The translations under genes and the position numbers were made by a program. The notes beneath the pieces are model-generated. The model had not been told where the DNA came from, searched no databases, and worked only from the letters and a program-made list of their open reading frames with translations. This document shows, piece by piece, positions 30,141-40,437 of a stretch of DNA of 64,000 nucleotides (its first letter is position 1; each line of letters opens with the position of its first letter). The stretch comes from Bdellovibrionales bacterium. Its GTDB lineage: Bacteria; Bdellovibrionota; Bdellovibrionia; Bdellovibrionales; UBA1609. The stretch is from the NCBI GenBank assembly GCA_965261545.1, contig CBDHDF010000002.1, positions 64,001 through 128,000 on the forward strand, in the 5' to 3' direction.

Positions 30141-32285
30141 GTTCCTGTCCAGGGAAGAAAGTTAAGTAGTTTTAAGTATTTACATGCCTTCCCTTTAGAT
30201 TTTATGCTTTAAAATGGAGTCCATCAAACATAATCCGTGTAAATTCAGTTACTTACATAAAACGGAAAAATAAAATAAGTTCCCCCCCCTCTCTTGACGA
30301 ACCTTTCACAGCCCCTCCCTTTCAGTGACTTATGTGGCTATCAACTGGTTACTTGATATGAGAGGAAGAGTTGGATCAACCTGTGTTTCCACCGTGGTGA
30401 TTTCAAACCTCCTTCAGGGAAATAACATTACGTTGCGCATCAACTTCAAAAAATACTTGACGTGTTTTTTCAGAGAAATAATTTTTGATATTTTATTCTT
30501 CATTTATTTTTTATGTAGGTTTTAGGAGGCGTGGGAACCTCTCTATGAGGTAGAATTCTTATCCATGTTCTCCGAGAACCTCTCTGATTTTTTTCTTCTT
30601 AAAAGACATCCTTGCTCACTTTTTTCCCTCAAAAAAACGTATGTTAATATAAAAATTAAAGAGAAACTTTCACCAAAGGGGGGACTATGCGCCATTTGAA
30701 GAAGACACAGTTGGGACTCTTTTCCCAATATCCTAACCACCAACTCAGTACAGAATTGCAGCAAATTAATAACATCATTGATCGCCATCCAGAGTTTGCC
30801 CATATGGTTCATGAAGACCTTGTTAAAGAAAAGAAAGATTCTGGTGATATTGGTATGACATCGGAGCAAGTTCTCAAGGTGGCTATTCTTAAATCCATAA
30901 GAGGTCTTTCCTATCGTGCGTTAGCCTTTAATCTTGTCGATTCAGTATCCACCAGAGCTTTTCTGGGCCTTGAATTGGAAGAAAATTACGCTCACTCCAC
31001 CTTACAGGACTTGATTGTTCAAATAAGTGAAGAAACTTGGGGAATTATTAGCGCCTCTTTAGTTTCAGATGCAAGAGATCAAAAGATTGAGCCGTGTAAG
31101 AAAATGAGATTGGACAGTACAGTGACGAAATCAAATATTCATCATCCAACGGATGCATCGCTTTTATATGACTGCATAAGAGTTACAGAAAGAGAATTTA
31201 AAAAAGTTCGTAAAAATGTCATGAAAGATTTTTGGCGACTTATTTCAAGAGAAGATCTTAAGAGAGCAAAAACCTTGCTTTACAAAATTAATAATTCCAA
31301 AAATGATGCGGAAAGACTACCTTGCTATAAGGAGCTTTTAAAAATCGCTACCAAATTGAACAAAGGATTACCTGATACCATCAGAAAGATAAAAAAAGAA
31401 CAAAAATGTGTGAAGATGAATGCTTTGAAAAAGAGTCTAAAACAGTTAGAAAATGTTGCCTTCTACCTGGAAAAAATCATCTTTCAAACTCAAAAAAGAG
31501 TTATTGAGGGGAAAAAAGTATCTTCTGAAAAAAAGGTCCTATCCATCTTTGAACCGCATACAGACATTATTGTAAAGGGGCAAAGAGAAGTCGAGTTTGG
31601 GCATAAAATCTTTTTGACCTCAGGGCAAAGCAACATGATTTTAGATTGTCAGATCCCTGATGGCAACCCCGCAGACTCTGATATGTTTTTAAAAGTTATG
31701 AATTCAGTGACACAAACCTATGGGGCTTGCCCTGTAAAAGTAAGTGCAGATGGTGGGTTTGCTTCAAAAGAAAATCTTGAAGAGGCCAAAGAGATGGGGG
31801 CTAAAGATGTTTGCTTCCCAGAAAAAAAAGGAATGAAAATATTAAAGATGGTTAAAAGTGCTTGGGTCTTTAAAAATCTTCTCAATTGGAGAGCCGGAAT
31901 AGAGGCTGTTATTTCATTCCTTAAGAGATGTTTTGGTATGAGAGTTGCTTACTGGAAAGGGCATGATGGTTTTAAGAGGTATGTAAAGAATGCCGTTTGT
32001 GCCTATAATTTTGTTGTCTTGGCAAGACATGAATTATCAACTGTCACCTAAATTTATCCATTAGGAATAACAGCAATGGACCAGGTCGAAGGTGCTAAAA
32101 TCTTCCAAAGGTAGGGGTGCGTCTTCAAATCGAAAAAACTAGGGCGCAAGTCGCTTAAAGACCTTTTTCCCCTTAATCTGTAGAGTTTGTGTGGCAAATC
32201 TCCAACTCTCACTCCCCCATTGAGGCATTGGGAGGCTCAATGGGGAGTGTCAGAGAACAAAAAATGGGCCTTTCTGGACAGAAAC
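30141..32285 (+). mobile_element. IS5-like/ISNCY element
   Basis: Ends GTTCCTGTCCAG and CTGGACAGAAAC; 6-bp target duplication TATTTA. Confidence 0.9.
30687..32051 (+). CDS. IS5-like/ISNCY DDE transposase
   Basis: RLDSTV...HHPTD, EFGHK, ADGGF and WRAGIEAVISFLKR. Confidence 0.88.
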   Translation: MRHLKKTQLGLFSQYPNHQLSTELQQINNIIDRHPEFAHMVHEDLVKEKKDSGDIGMTSEQVLKVAILKSIRGLSYRALAFNLVDSVSTRAFLGLELEENYAHSTLQDLIVQISEETWGIISASLVSDARDQKIEPCKKMRLDSTVTKSNIHHPTDASLLYDCIRVTEREFKKVRKNVMKDFWRLISREDLKRAKTLLYKINNSKNDAERLPCYKELLKIATKLNKGLPDTIRKIKKEQKCVKMNALKKSLKQLENVAFYLEKIIFQTQKRVIEGKKVSSEKKVLSIFEPHTDIIVKGQREVEFGHKIFLTSGQSNMILDCQIPDGNPADSDMFLKVMNSVTQTYGACPVKVSADGGFASKENLEEAKEMGAKDVCFPEKKGMKILKMVKSAWVFKNLLNWRAGIEAVISFLKRCFGMRVAYWKGHDGFKRYVKNAVCAYNFVVLARHELSTVT

Positions 32286-33821
32286 TATTTAGGTATACTC
32301 GTTCAAAATGAGCTTGCTGACAAGCATTCCCAGAGAGTGAAAAGATTGCTTAAGGGGGCCAAGCTTCCTCAACTTAAATCACTCCAAACTTATAACTTCC
32401 AGAAAAGAACGGGAGTGACAGCTCAGCAAATTAATTGGATGGCAGAGGGAGAGTGGGTCAGAAAAGCCTGTAATGTTGTGTTTTACGGAAGCTTTGGAAT
32501 GGGGAAAAGTCATTTGGCCATGTCCCTAGTTCGTTCACTCTGTGAACAAGGCTATCGATGTTTATGGGTCACCACTCATGAACTTATTGAAACAATGCGT
32601 GAAAGCAAGAAAGAACTCTCATTGAATGCTCTTTTTAAGAAATTAGACCGTTTTGATCTTATTGCTTGTGATGAACTTGGCTATACAGCTTCCTGCACAG
32701 AGGGGGCAGATCTTTTCTTTCAATTCATATCTCAGCGATATGAAAGGAAAAGTCTCATGATCACTACAAACTTAACATACTCTGAATGGGATAAGGTGTT
32801 TCTTAACCCTATTACCACCGCTGCTGCTGTTGATCGAATCATTCACAACTGTGAAACCCTCAACATTGAAGGAAAAGAAAGTTGGAGAACCGAATCGGCA
32901 AAAGCCAAGTCTAAACAGAGCAAAGAGGAAAGTTCAACCAAAGAAGTTCATTAGAGATCCCCACTTTTGGGGAAGGAACTCGCCAGTTATCCACAAAATT
33001 TATCCACAGCAGCACTGCGTTGCTAGACATCGGGGTCACAGCCGCAGTGTCGCCATGGATAAATTTATGGATAACTGGCTTTTACCGTACTATTTGCTCG
33101 TCACTCTCGCGGAGCTTTAGACATTAGCTGCGCCAAGGAATCCTGAAAAATACTCCATTTACCTCTGCCATAGGGCTGAAGGATGCATTTGGGGTCATGC
33201 CAAAAGTGGTGGGCAGAAAATCATTCCTCAGAATCTTGTGGCATAGTCCGAGTTAAATGATGAGCAAAATAAAGACACTTGACTAAACTCTGAACGAAGA
33301 ATAACTAAATCAGTACATCATCAACTGGCCGTTTTTCATTGGCGACGGCTTCTAAAAATGGCCAATTTTAATTGGCGCCTAACATCTGGCCCACTTAGGG
33401 GAACCCCACAAAGCTCATGTTGTGATTTCTCAATGACATAGCGACGACAAATAAAAATAACTCATTATTTACAAATACTTATATAACTCAACCAAACTTA
33501 TGCTCCGCACAATAAGACTGAGGTGGACCCCAATGTCAGACTGAAAAACTATATTACAAAATACGAGAGAGGTCATCTTAACAAATCACTAAGGCTTGGA
33601 GATCAAACACGAGCCCAATCAATACTGACAAAGCAAAGCGAGTAAATCTTGTTGCGTTCTCGGCCGCAACAAGATTTTTGCCCTTGATTCCGCAACACAT
33701 ACGCAACAAACACCTAGGTCAGTTGGACGTATCTTCAAGGTTTTCTTGACGTTGGTTTGAAGTGGGAAAGGGCCGTATTTGCTGAATTTTCATGAACTTA
33801 GGGGAGGGTTTCGTCTTTCAA

Positions 33822-35628
33822 GAGCCTGTAAACTATTTTGTGTAACTGCCGAATCATATTAGGATGAACTATCATCCTGAAAGGAGAAGGCAGAATGGAT
33901 ATCAAGACAATAGGCAAGGAACTAGCGAAGAAGGTCAAGACCCAAAAGGATTTATCCGACATAACGGATCAACTGATGAAGGTTGTTTTAGAGACAGCTC
34001 TTAATGCGGAAATGGACGATCACCTAGGTTATGAGAGGCATGAGAAGTCTGAGACCCTCAAATCCAACACTCGCAATGGTTACAGTAGAAAGACCATAAA
34101 GGGAGAGAAAGGCGAGGTGGAGCTTCAGGTCCCCCGTGACCGAAGTGCCTCCTTTGAGCCCCAAGTCATTCCCAAAGGCAAGACTCGTCTTGAGGGCTTT
34201 GAAGACAGTATTCTGACCCTCTATGCGAGGGGAATGACGACCAGGGATATTCAAGGAGCTATCAAAGACCTCTACCATGGTGCAGAGATATCCCACTCAG
34301 TGATAGCCAACGTGACGGATGCTGTTATTGATGAAGTTACGGCTTGGCAGAACCGCCCCTTGGATAGCACTTACCCTATCGTATTTTTGGACTGTATCGT
34401 GGTGAAGGTCCATCAAGACAAGAGAGTTATTAATAAGGCGATTTACCTAGCTCTTGGTATTACAGAGGAGGGTCAGAAAGACTTGTTGGGCCTATGGATT
34501 TCTGAAAATGAGGGTTCAAAGTTTTGGTTGAGTGTTTTGACTGAGCTGCAAAATCGAGGGTTGAAAGACGTATTTATATTTTCTGTAGATGGTCTTACAG
34601 GTTTTCCTCAAGCCATTTCAGCGGCTTTTCCCAAGTCTAAAGTGCAACTGTGCATTGTCCATATGGTCCGCAATTCCCTTCGCTATGTTCCTTCCAAGAA
34701 TATGAAAGCTGTCGCCCAAGACCTCAAGTCCATTTATGGCTCTACGACTCTGACAGAAGCTGAAAAGGCCCTTGAGGAATTTTGTACCAAGTGGTCTTCA
34801 AAGTATCCGAATATTGAAAAGTCTTGGCGTAGGAATTGGGACAATCTCATCACTATTTTCGATTATCCGGATGAAATCAGAAAGATTTTTTATACCACAA
34901 ACGCCATAGAGTCGTTAAATAGCGTGATCCGCAAGGCGATCAGAAATCGTAAGATATTTCCCAGTGATCGGTCGGCTTTAAAAGTTGTATATTTAGCGAT
35001 AAAAATGGCCTCTAAGCGATGGACACGACCATTACACAACTGGAAGCCAGCCATGAACAGGTTTGCCATTGAATACGGTGACCGTTTTGACAACTAAGTT
35101 TTTTAATAAATAAGGTCCCCTTATAAGAGGGCTCTAAGGCGTTGAGAAATGCTGGAATACGAGACTATGGTTAGGGTAATATAGTATGGGAACCTAAATA
35201 CATGCCCTCTTGGTGCAGACTTGGGTTTCCATTTTTTTTCATATTTCATCCCAATGCTGGTATTTCTCGAATATCCCAAGTTAAAAAAAATAAAAAAAGG
35301 GGGTAATATAGTATGGGAACCTAAACACATGAACCCTTTGATGAGATTGGAATTTCCATTTTTTTGAGAGAACCATTGCTGATTTTTTTCCAACCAAGAT
35401 GATAATTATTTATTTGAGTTCTTTCCAGTTCTGATATGATCCCATTACGGCTCCATCTCCCCATTAAATTATAATGCATTGTGACTGACAAAATCGCTTG
35501 AAGGAAAAAATGTCAATTATACATTGACGAATAATATGGGGCTGTGCTTTTTACCAGGAGTGGAGCCACATAAGTGGCTTTAAGATTTAAGAAAAAAATT
35601 GCAGTTACACAATTATTTTTACAGTCCC
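33822..35628 (+). mobile_element. IS256-family element (1807 bp)
   Basis: Imperfect 28-bp IRs GAGCCTGTAAACTATTTTGTGTAACTGC; 8-bp target duplication TCTTTCAA. Confidence 0.93.
33895..35097 (+). CDS. IS256 transposase
   Basis: RNGY, VPRDR, FLDCI, VDGLTGF, QLCIVH and YTTNAIES. Confidence 0.95.
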   Translation: MDIKTIGKELAKKVKTQKDLSDITDQLMKVVLETALNAEMDDHLGYERHEKSETLKSNTRNGYSRKTIKGEKGEVELQVPRDRSASFEPQVIPKGKTRLEGFEDSILTLYARGMTTRDIQGAIKDLYHGAEISHSVIANVTDAVIDEVTAWQNRPLDSTYPIVFLDCIVVKVHQDKRVINKAIYLALGITEEGQKDLLGLWISENEGSKFWLSVLTELQNRGLKDVFIFSVDGLTGFPQAISAAFPKSKVQLCIVHMVRNSLRYVPSKNMKAVAQDLKSIYGSTTLTEAEKALEEFCTKWSSKYPNIEKSWRRNWDNLITIFDYPDEIRKIFYTTNAIESLNSVIRKAIRNRKIFPSDRSALKVVYLAIKMASKRWTRPLHNWKPAMNRFAIEYGDRFDN

Positions 35629-35851
35629 TCTTTCAAAGGTTAATGATTACAAAATGTTATCAAGATTAACCTTTCACCTGTTGGAGAAATTTGTCTTTAG
35701 ACGCGCCGGTGTTATACGATACTTTATTCTGACTAGAATTCGCCTTTATTTTTTATTTTTCTTTGACCATCCCTAAAGAATTATTACATTCCCTTGACTA
35801 AGTCTTGTCATAACCTCCCCATGAGTTTAATACTCTGCATCAGGAGGTGTT

Positions 35852-36300
35852 ATGATTTTAGCTACTTTTGTATCAACGGATGACCTTGTAAAAGAAGGTA
35901 AGAATTACAATTGGAAGAGGCCATGTAAGTGCCAAAATCCCGGCTGTAAAAGTGAGAAGCTCTGGGGCCATGGCTATGTGAAGAGATACTTTTTTGCATG
36001 CTCTGAAGCGGTCTACCTCAAGCGCTGGCGGTGTCCTCACTGCCACGTGTTATAACGACAAGACCCAAGTCGTTCTGGCGTCGTTTTCAAGAGACCAAGT
36101 CTCGTATTTTCGAAGCATTACGACATCGTCTGAACCCCAAGATTCCCAAGGCATGGCCCCTTTGGACAACGAGGCAAAGAGCGGGGCACTGGCTGAAAAA
36201 ACTTCTTAATCACGCTAAGGCTTATAATCTGATGAAAGAAAAAGATCCACTTAGCACAGTGGCCTTTTATCAAGAGAAAAACCTGGACATTTTTGGTTAA
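35852..36300 (+). pseudogene. Zinc-ribbon accessory protein (DUF6431-like), frameshifted near 36050
   Basis: C..C...LWGHGYVKR...RWRCPHC continues in another frame as ITTRPKSFWRRFQ. Confidence 0.6.
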
Positions 36301-36435
36301 CGAAGTTTGCCAGTGCTCCCATTTATTTTCAACCTACCGTTTCTTGTCATTAACAAAGAGTCAGGAAGTTGTGTACCTCTTATTTCAAGAAAGATTTCCA
36401 ATAACGGAAATTAAATCAAAGAAAGAGAGGTCAAA

Positions 36436-37043
36436 ATGGCTGATAAGGACAAGAAAATGGAGGTTGCCACCTTTAGATTCGGAGTGATTTCTGAATTTGT
36501 TACAGGGTTGCGCCTTGAATATGGAGAAAAAGAGAGATTGCTTACGGAAAAATCTTCCAAGAGCTATCGTGTTCCCTACTCATCATCGACTCGTGTGAGT
36601 CGTTCCACCATAAAAAAATGGATTGCAGACTACAAGGGATCGGGCAATAGATTAGAGGGGCTTATGCCATCGGATCGCAAGGATCAAGGTCAATTTAGAA
36701 GTCTTGATGAATCTCTCCAAGTGGTCATTAAAGAGATCATGAAGGCAAAGGGACATTTTACAGGCATAGCCCTTGTCAATGCTCTACGTCAGCGCGGCTC
36801 TATTGGTACCAATGAAGAGATCAATATGAGTGTGCTTTATAGATTTTTAAAGCATCACAAGTTGCAACAAAAAGAGTCCACAGATCGTAGGTCCTTTGAA
36901 GCTTCGTCTCCCAATGAAATGTGGCAGTCAGATGTTCTTCATGGCCCCATTGTGGTTGGAAAAAAGAGAAAGAAAGTAAAATCCTACCTCATTGCCATAT
37001 TGGATGACAATTCTCGCATCATTCCCCACGGGGAGTTTTATGA
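36436..37043 (+). pseudogene. Truncated DDE integrase-core transposase
   Basis: FRFGVIS, PNEMWQSDVLHGP and YLIAILDDNSR; cut by an IS21 end. Confidence 0.8.
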
Positions 37044-37243
37044 TGCTGAATTTCACGAGTTTGACCCACTGAATTTCACGAAGTTTGACCCACCCCTCAG
37101 TCAGTCAATTTGAGGTCCAATTTTGAATTTCACGGTGGCTCAAACTTTGTCAATTTAAACCTTCTTTTTTCTGCTGACTCAGTAACTTTTACACCCTCAA
37201 TGTCACGATGTCCCAACGGTGGGTTAAGGCTTATTTGCCAGAA
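37044..37243 (-). mobile_element. Orphan terminus of a second IS21-family element
   Basis: TGCTGAATTTCACGAGTTTGACCCAC followed by TGAATTTCACGAAGTTTGACCCAC tandem end repeats. Confidence 0.65.
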
Positions 37244-38358
37244 TGTTAGATGCCAACTAAAATTGGCCACTTTGTCATTGAGAATCTCGACCCTCCCCAT
37301 TTCTGAGGTTTCAATGGAGGGTTTTTCAATGGGGATGTTGAATCCATTGCTCAAAATGGCAGAGAATAGCGAGCCAGTTATCCACAAATTTATCCATGGT
37401 GACGCTGCGTCTGTGACCCCGATGTCTATCAACGCAGCGCTGCCGTGGGTAAATTTTGTGGATAACTGGCGGGTACATGATTCAATAGTTCCGATGGAGT
37501 GTCTCCCGATGGTGTCTTCCAAGGTCTGCCTTTGCATGGATTCTCCTTAAATCGTCTTTCTCTGCCTAAATGAGCTTCCAGACATGGCTATTTTGATAGC
37601 TTGAGAGGTTATGCGATCCATAATAGCTTCACAAACGATGGGATCCTCAATGACTTCACTCCAATTTTTTATTGGAAGTTGGGTTGTAAGAATGAGGCTC
37701 AGGTCAGGGCCTCGTTCATCAATCACATCGTAAAGGTCTTGATATTGGTTAGAGGTAAGGGGCTTGATACCAAAATCATCCAACACAAGTATCGAGACTG
37801 ATTTTAGCCTTTTAAGGAAGTTTAGATATGTCCCCTGGGCTCTTTCTAAGTTGAATTTTTCAACAAGAGTATTCATTCTGAAGAACTGAGTGGAAAAACC
37901 TTGGCGACAGGCGTGATTACCTATGGCACAAGCCAAATATGACTTTCCAACACCCGTTGGGCCAGAGATAATTATATTTTGACCTCTTTGAGCAAATCTC
38001 ATAAGGGCTAGATCACTCAAAACTCTTCGATCGACTCCTCGGTTGGATTTGGTTTCAAAGGCCTCAAGGCTTGCTTTTTGCTGCAAAGCTGCTCTTTTGA
38101 TAAGTCTTGAGACCTTCTGATTTTCACGATGGATTTTTTCGTCCTCAAAGATGACATTTAGAAAGTCCTCGTAACCAAGATCCTGCTCCTCAGCTTCTTT
38201 GAGCCTCTGGCTCAAGGTTGCTAAAACTCCCCTCATTTTTAATATCTCTAATAAATTTTCTGTTTGTTTAATCATTTTCTTCTCCTATACGACCTCTCTT
38301 ATGGAGGTCAAAATGACCCGTTAGGTGGTTGAGAACCACCCACCGGGGCTATGTGATT
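37244..38358 (-). mobile_element. Right part of a third IS21-family element (istA lost)
   Basis: End TGTTAGATGCCAACTAAAATTGGCCA resembles the copy 1 right end; contains the hairpin and istB. Confidence 0.8.
37547..38275 (-). CDS. istB: IS21 helper ATPase, divergent from copy 1
   Basis: GPTGVGKS, LVLDDFG, LTTQLP and AIMDRI. Confidence 0.92.
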   Translation of the reverse strand: MIKQTENLLEILKMRGVLATLSQRLKEAEEQDLGYEDFLNVIFEDEKIHRENQKVSRLIKRAALQQKASLEAFETKSNRGVDRRVLSDLALMRFAQRGQNIIISGPTGVGKSYLACAIGNHACRQGFSTQFFRMNTLVEKFNLERAQGTYLNFLKRLKSVSILVLDDFGIKPLTSNQYQDLYDVIDERGPDLSLILTTQLPIKNWSEVIEDPIVCEAIMDRITSQAIKIAMSGSSFRQRKTI

Positions 38359-40271
38359 CCCGAGTTTGACAGCAGCATCTGCGTTAAAATGCGAAATTTC
38401 CAGAAATTGGGGTTGTACTGAAATATAATGGTAGCTGCTGGAAAAATTAAAATTGACGTAAAAAAAGTGTAGAAAACAAAATAGGATTTTATCGTTTTAA
38501 ATATTGATATATCATAGAAATATGTAGAAAATATCCTCATGTACATCCAAACGACTAAAAACTCAAAAGGTCAGTGCTACTACCACCTTGTGGAGTCCTA
38601 CAGAGAAAAAGGCAAATCCAAAAAACGCATGCTCATGTCCTTAGGTAAGGCTGGAGAAGGAGGAGAGGATAAGATTAATAGTTTGGCGCAGGCCGTATCC
38701 CGCCACCGAGAGCTTCTCACTGTGAGTCAATTGGCTAAGGAGCTTTACATCGAAGAGACTTTCATTTTGGGTCCCTTGCTGATTTTACAAAAGTTGTTTG
38801 ATCAACTGGGTATCAATAAGACCCTCAAAGACATAAAAGATTCTCATGAGAAAGTTCAATTTGATTTATGTAAGGTGATTTTTACCTTAGTTGCCATCCG
38901 ATTTATTGCTCCTAGTTCCAAGTTAAAGGTTTTTGAGTATTGGCAAAAATCTTTTTACCCAGACATGATTAAGGGTGATTTGAGTCTCCAGCATATTTAT
39001 CGGTCTATGGACTTACTTGCCTCCCATAAGGATGAAATAGAGAACTCGCTTTATTGGGTGGGGCGAGATTTATTTAATTTCCAAGTAGACATTGTGTTGT
39101 ATGATTTAACAACCTTACGCTTCGAGAGTACAAGAACAGACTTAGGGAAACTTCGTCAATTTGGCTATAGTAAAGAGAGACGATCAGACTGCACCCAAGT
39201 TGTCTTTGGTTTGTTGGTGAATCGGGATGGCATCCCTTTAGGTTTTGAGGTTTTCCCTGGTAATACTTTTGAAGGCAAGACGCTTTCAGATATTGTTGAT
39301 AAAATGAGAAAAAAGTTTAATGTACACCGTTTCATTTTTGTGGCTGATAGGGGGCTTTTATCAAAGGCTAATACTGACAAACTCAGTGAGGATCAAAGCG
39401 AGTTTATTGTTGGTATGAAGCTTGGATCTTTAAAAAAAGAAAAGAAACAAGAGGTCTATGATTTAAATCGTTTTAGCTGGGTATATGAGAATGAGCTTGC
39501 TGTTTACGAAACAGACCATGGGGGGCATAGATGTATTGTGACTTGGTCTAGGAAAAGAGCAGAGAGGGATAAAAAATCTAGAGAATCCCTTCTTGAAAAG
39601 ATCGAAGGAAAACTATCTTCTAAAGGTGTTCAGTCTAGTACTTTTGTTTCCAATAAAGGTTATAAGAAATATGTAAAGATGGCTGACGACAAAAATAAAA
39701 AACCTGAATTAAATGCAGAACAAATAGAATTAGATGAAAAAATTGATGGTTTTTTTGCCGTCCTTACAAATGTCAAAGACTTGACGGCAGATGAGATTAT
39801 TATCAACTACAAAGAATTGTGGAAAATTGAAGATGCTTTTGGTGAGTTAAAAGGGACTTTGAAAACACGTCCTGTTTTCCATTGGACAGACCAGAGGATT
39901 ATTGGACATTTAACTCTATGCTTTTTAACTTATCTTTGTGAGGCCCACCTTACAAAATGTTTAAGAGATAAGAAGATGAACCTAAAAAGCCCAGCCATAG
40001 GCATTGGTCATGTTAAAGAGCGACCTTTAACTGTTGTAGAGGCCATGAGGGAACTCAAGGAAGTTAGGGCTATCCCTGTTAAAATTCGTGATCAAGTCAT
40101 TTGGACCCGCACAGATATCACTGGCAATGCCAACTCCTTATTTAAAGCCGCAGGCGTCCCCATCCCTCCCAGAATCCTTAATGCCCACAAGTGTGGATAA
40201 ACAAAATACAACTATATGCGTTAATCCTTTAATATCATTCGTTTGACGCAGATGCTGCTGTCAAACTCGGG
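38359..40271 (+). mobile_element. IS1634-family element B
   Basis: Perfect IR CCCGAGTTTGACAGCAGCATCTGCGT; no flanking duplication. Confidence 0.92.
38539..40200 (+). CDS. IS1634-family transposase
   Basis: YDLTTLRFE, GYSKE, VADRGL and YKELWKIEDAF. Confidence 0.92.
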   Translation: MYIQTTKNSKGQCYYHLVESYREKGKSKKRMLMSLGKAGEGGEDKINSLAQAVSRHRELLTVSQLAKELYIEETFILGPLLILQKLFDQLGINKTLKDIKDSHEKVQFDLCKVIFTLVAIRFIAPSSKLKVFEYWQKSFYPDMIKGDLSLQHIYRSMDLLASHKDEIENSLYWVGRDLFNFQVDIVLYDLTTLRFESTRTDLGKLRQFGYSKERRSDCTQVVFGLLVNRDGIPLGFEVFPGNTFEGKTLSDIVDKMRKKFNVHRFIFVADRGLLSKANTDKLSEDQSEFIVGMKLGSLKKEKKQEVYDLNRFSWVYENELAVYETDHGGHRCIVTWSRKRAERDKKSRESLLEKIEGKLSSKGVQSSTFVSNKGYKKYVKMADDKNKKPELNAEQIELDEKIDGFFAVLTNVKDLTADEIIINYKELWKIEDAFGELKGTLKTRPVFHWTDQRIIGHLTLCFLTYLCEAHLTKCLRDKKMNLKSPAIGIGHVKERPLTVVEAMRELKEVRAIPVKIRDQVIWTRTDITGNANSLFKAAGVPIPPRILNAHKCG

Positions 40272-40437
40272 ACACCTTGAATATCTTGAGTACCTTAAAC
40301 ACCTTGAACACCGTGAACATTTAGCATTTTGGACACCTTGAATATTTAGAACTCGAACATCTCGTCCGTTGCCATATGCGATAAATGATTCTTGCCCCCC
40401 TTGTCAATACTCGAAGATACATGTATCTACTACATGC

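Larger units (their letters stand above)
30021..32954 (+). pseudogene. istB: istB interrupted by an IS5/ISNCY-like element
   Basis: Both halves match copy 1 istB. Confidence 0.92.
26083..33384 (+). mobile_element. IS21 copy 2 (inverted relative to copy 1), both genes disrupted
   Basis: Near-identical to 9677-12922. istA is split by IS1634 and istB by ISNCY. Flanks GTTGT and TCTGG are not a duplication. Confidence 0.95.
33646..35709 (+). repeat. Island terminal att arm, copy 2, split by IS256 and cut within the tRNA-Leu fragment
   Basis: Matches 14840-15088; only TAGACGCGCCGG of the tRNA fragment remains. Confidence 0.9.
35710..37043 (+). mobile_element. Left part of a DUF6431 plus DDE-integrase (IS481/Mu-like) transposon
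   Basis: Starts TGTTAT exactly where the att repeat stops; Cys-rich ORF followed by an HTH-integrase ORF. Confidence 0.65.

Noticed and set aside
32187..32954. 255-aa ORF as a complete IstB
   Set aside because: Its N-terminus derives from the ISNCY right end; the native start is at 30021.
35174..35331. Two 31-bp repeats as a mini-CRISPR
   Set aside because: Only two units with a 127-bp period, and similarity extends into the would-be spacer.
37110..37550. 146-aa and 135-aa ORFs on opposite strands
   Set aside because: They cross two IS ends and the palindromic hairpin and have no recognisable motifs; the same applies to 9941-10231 and 32830-33120.
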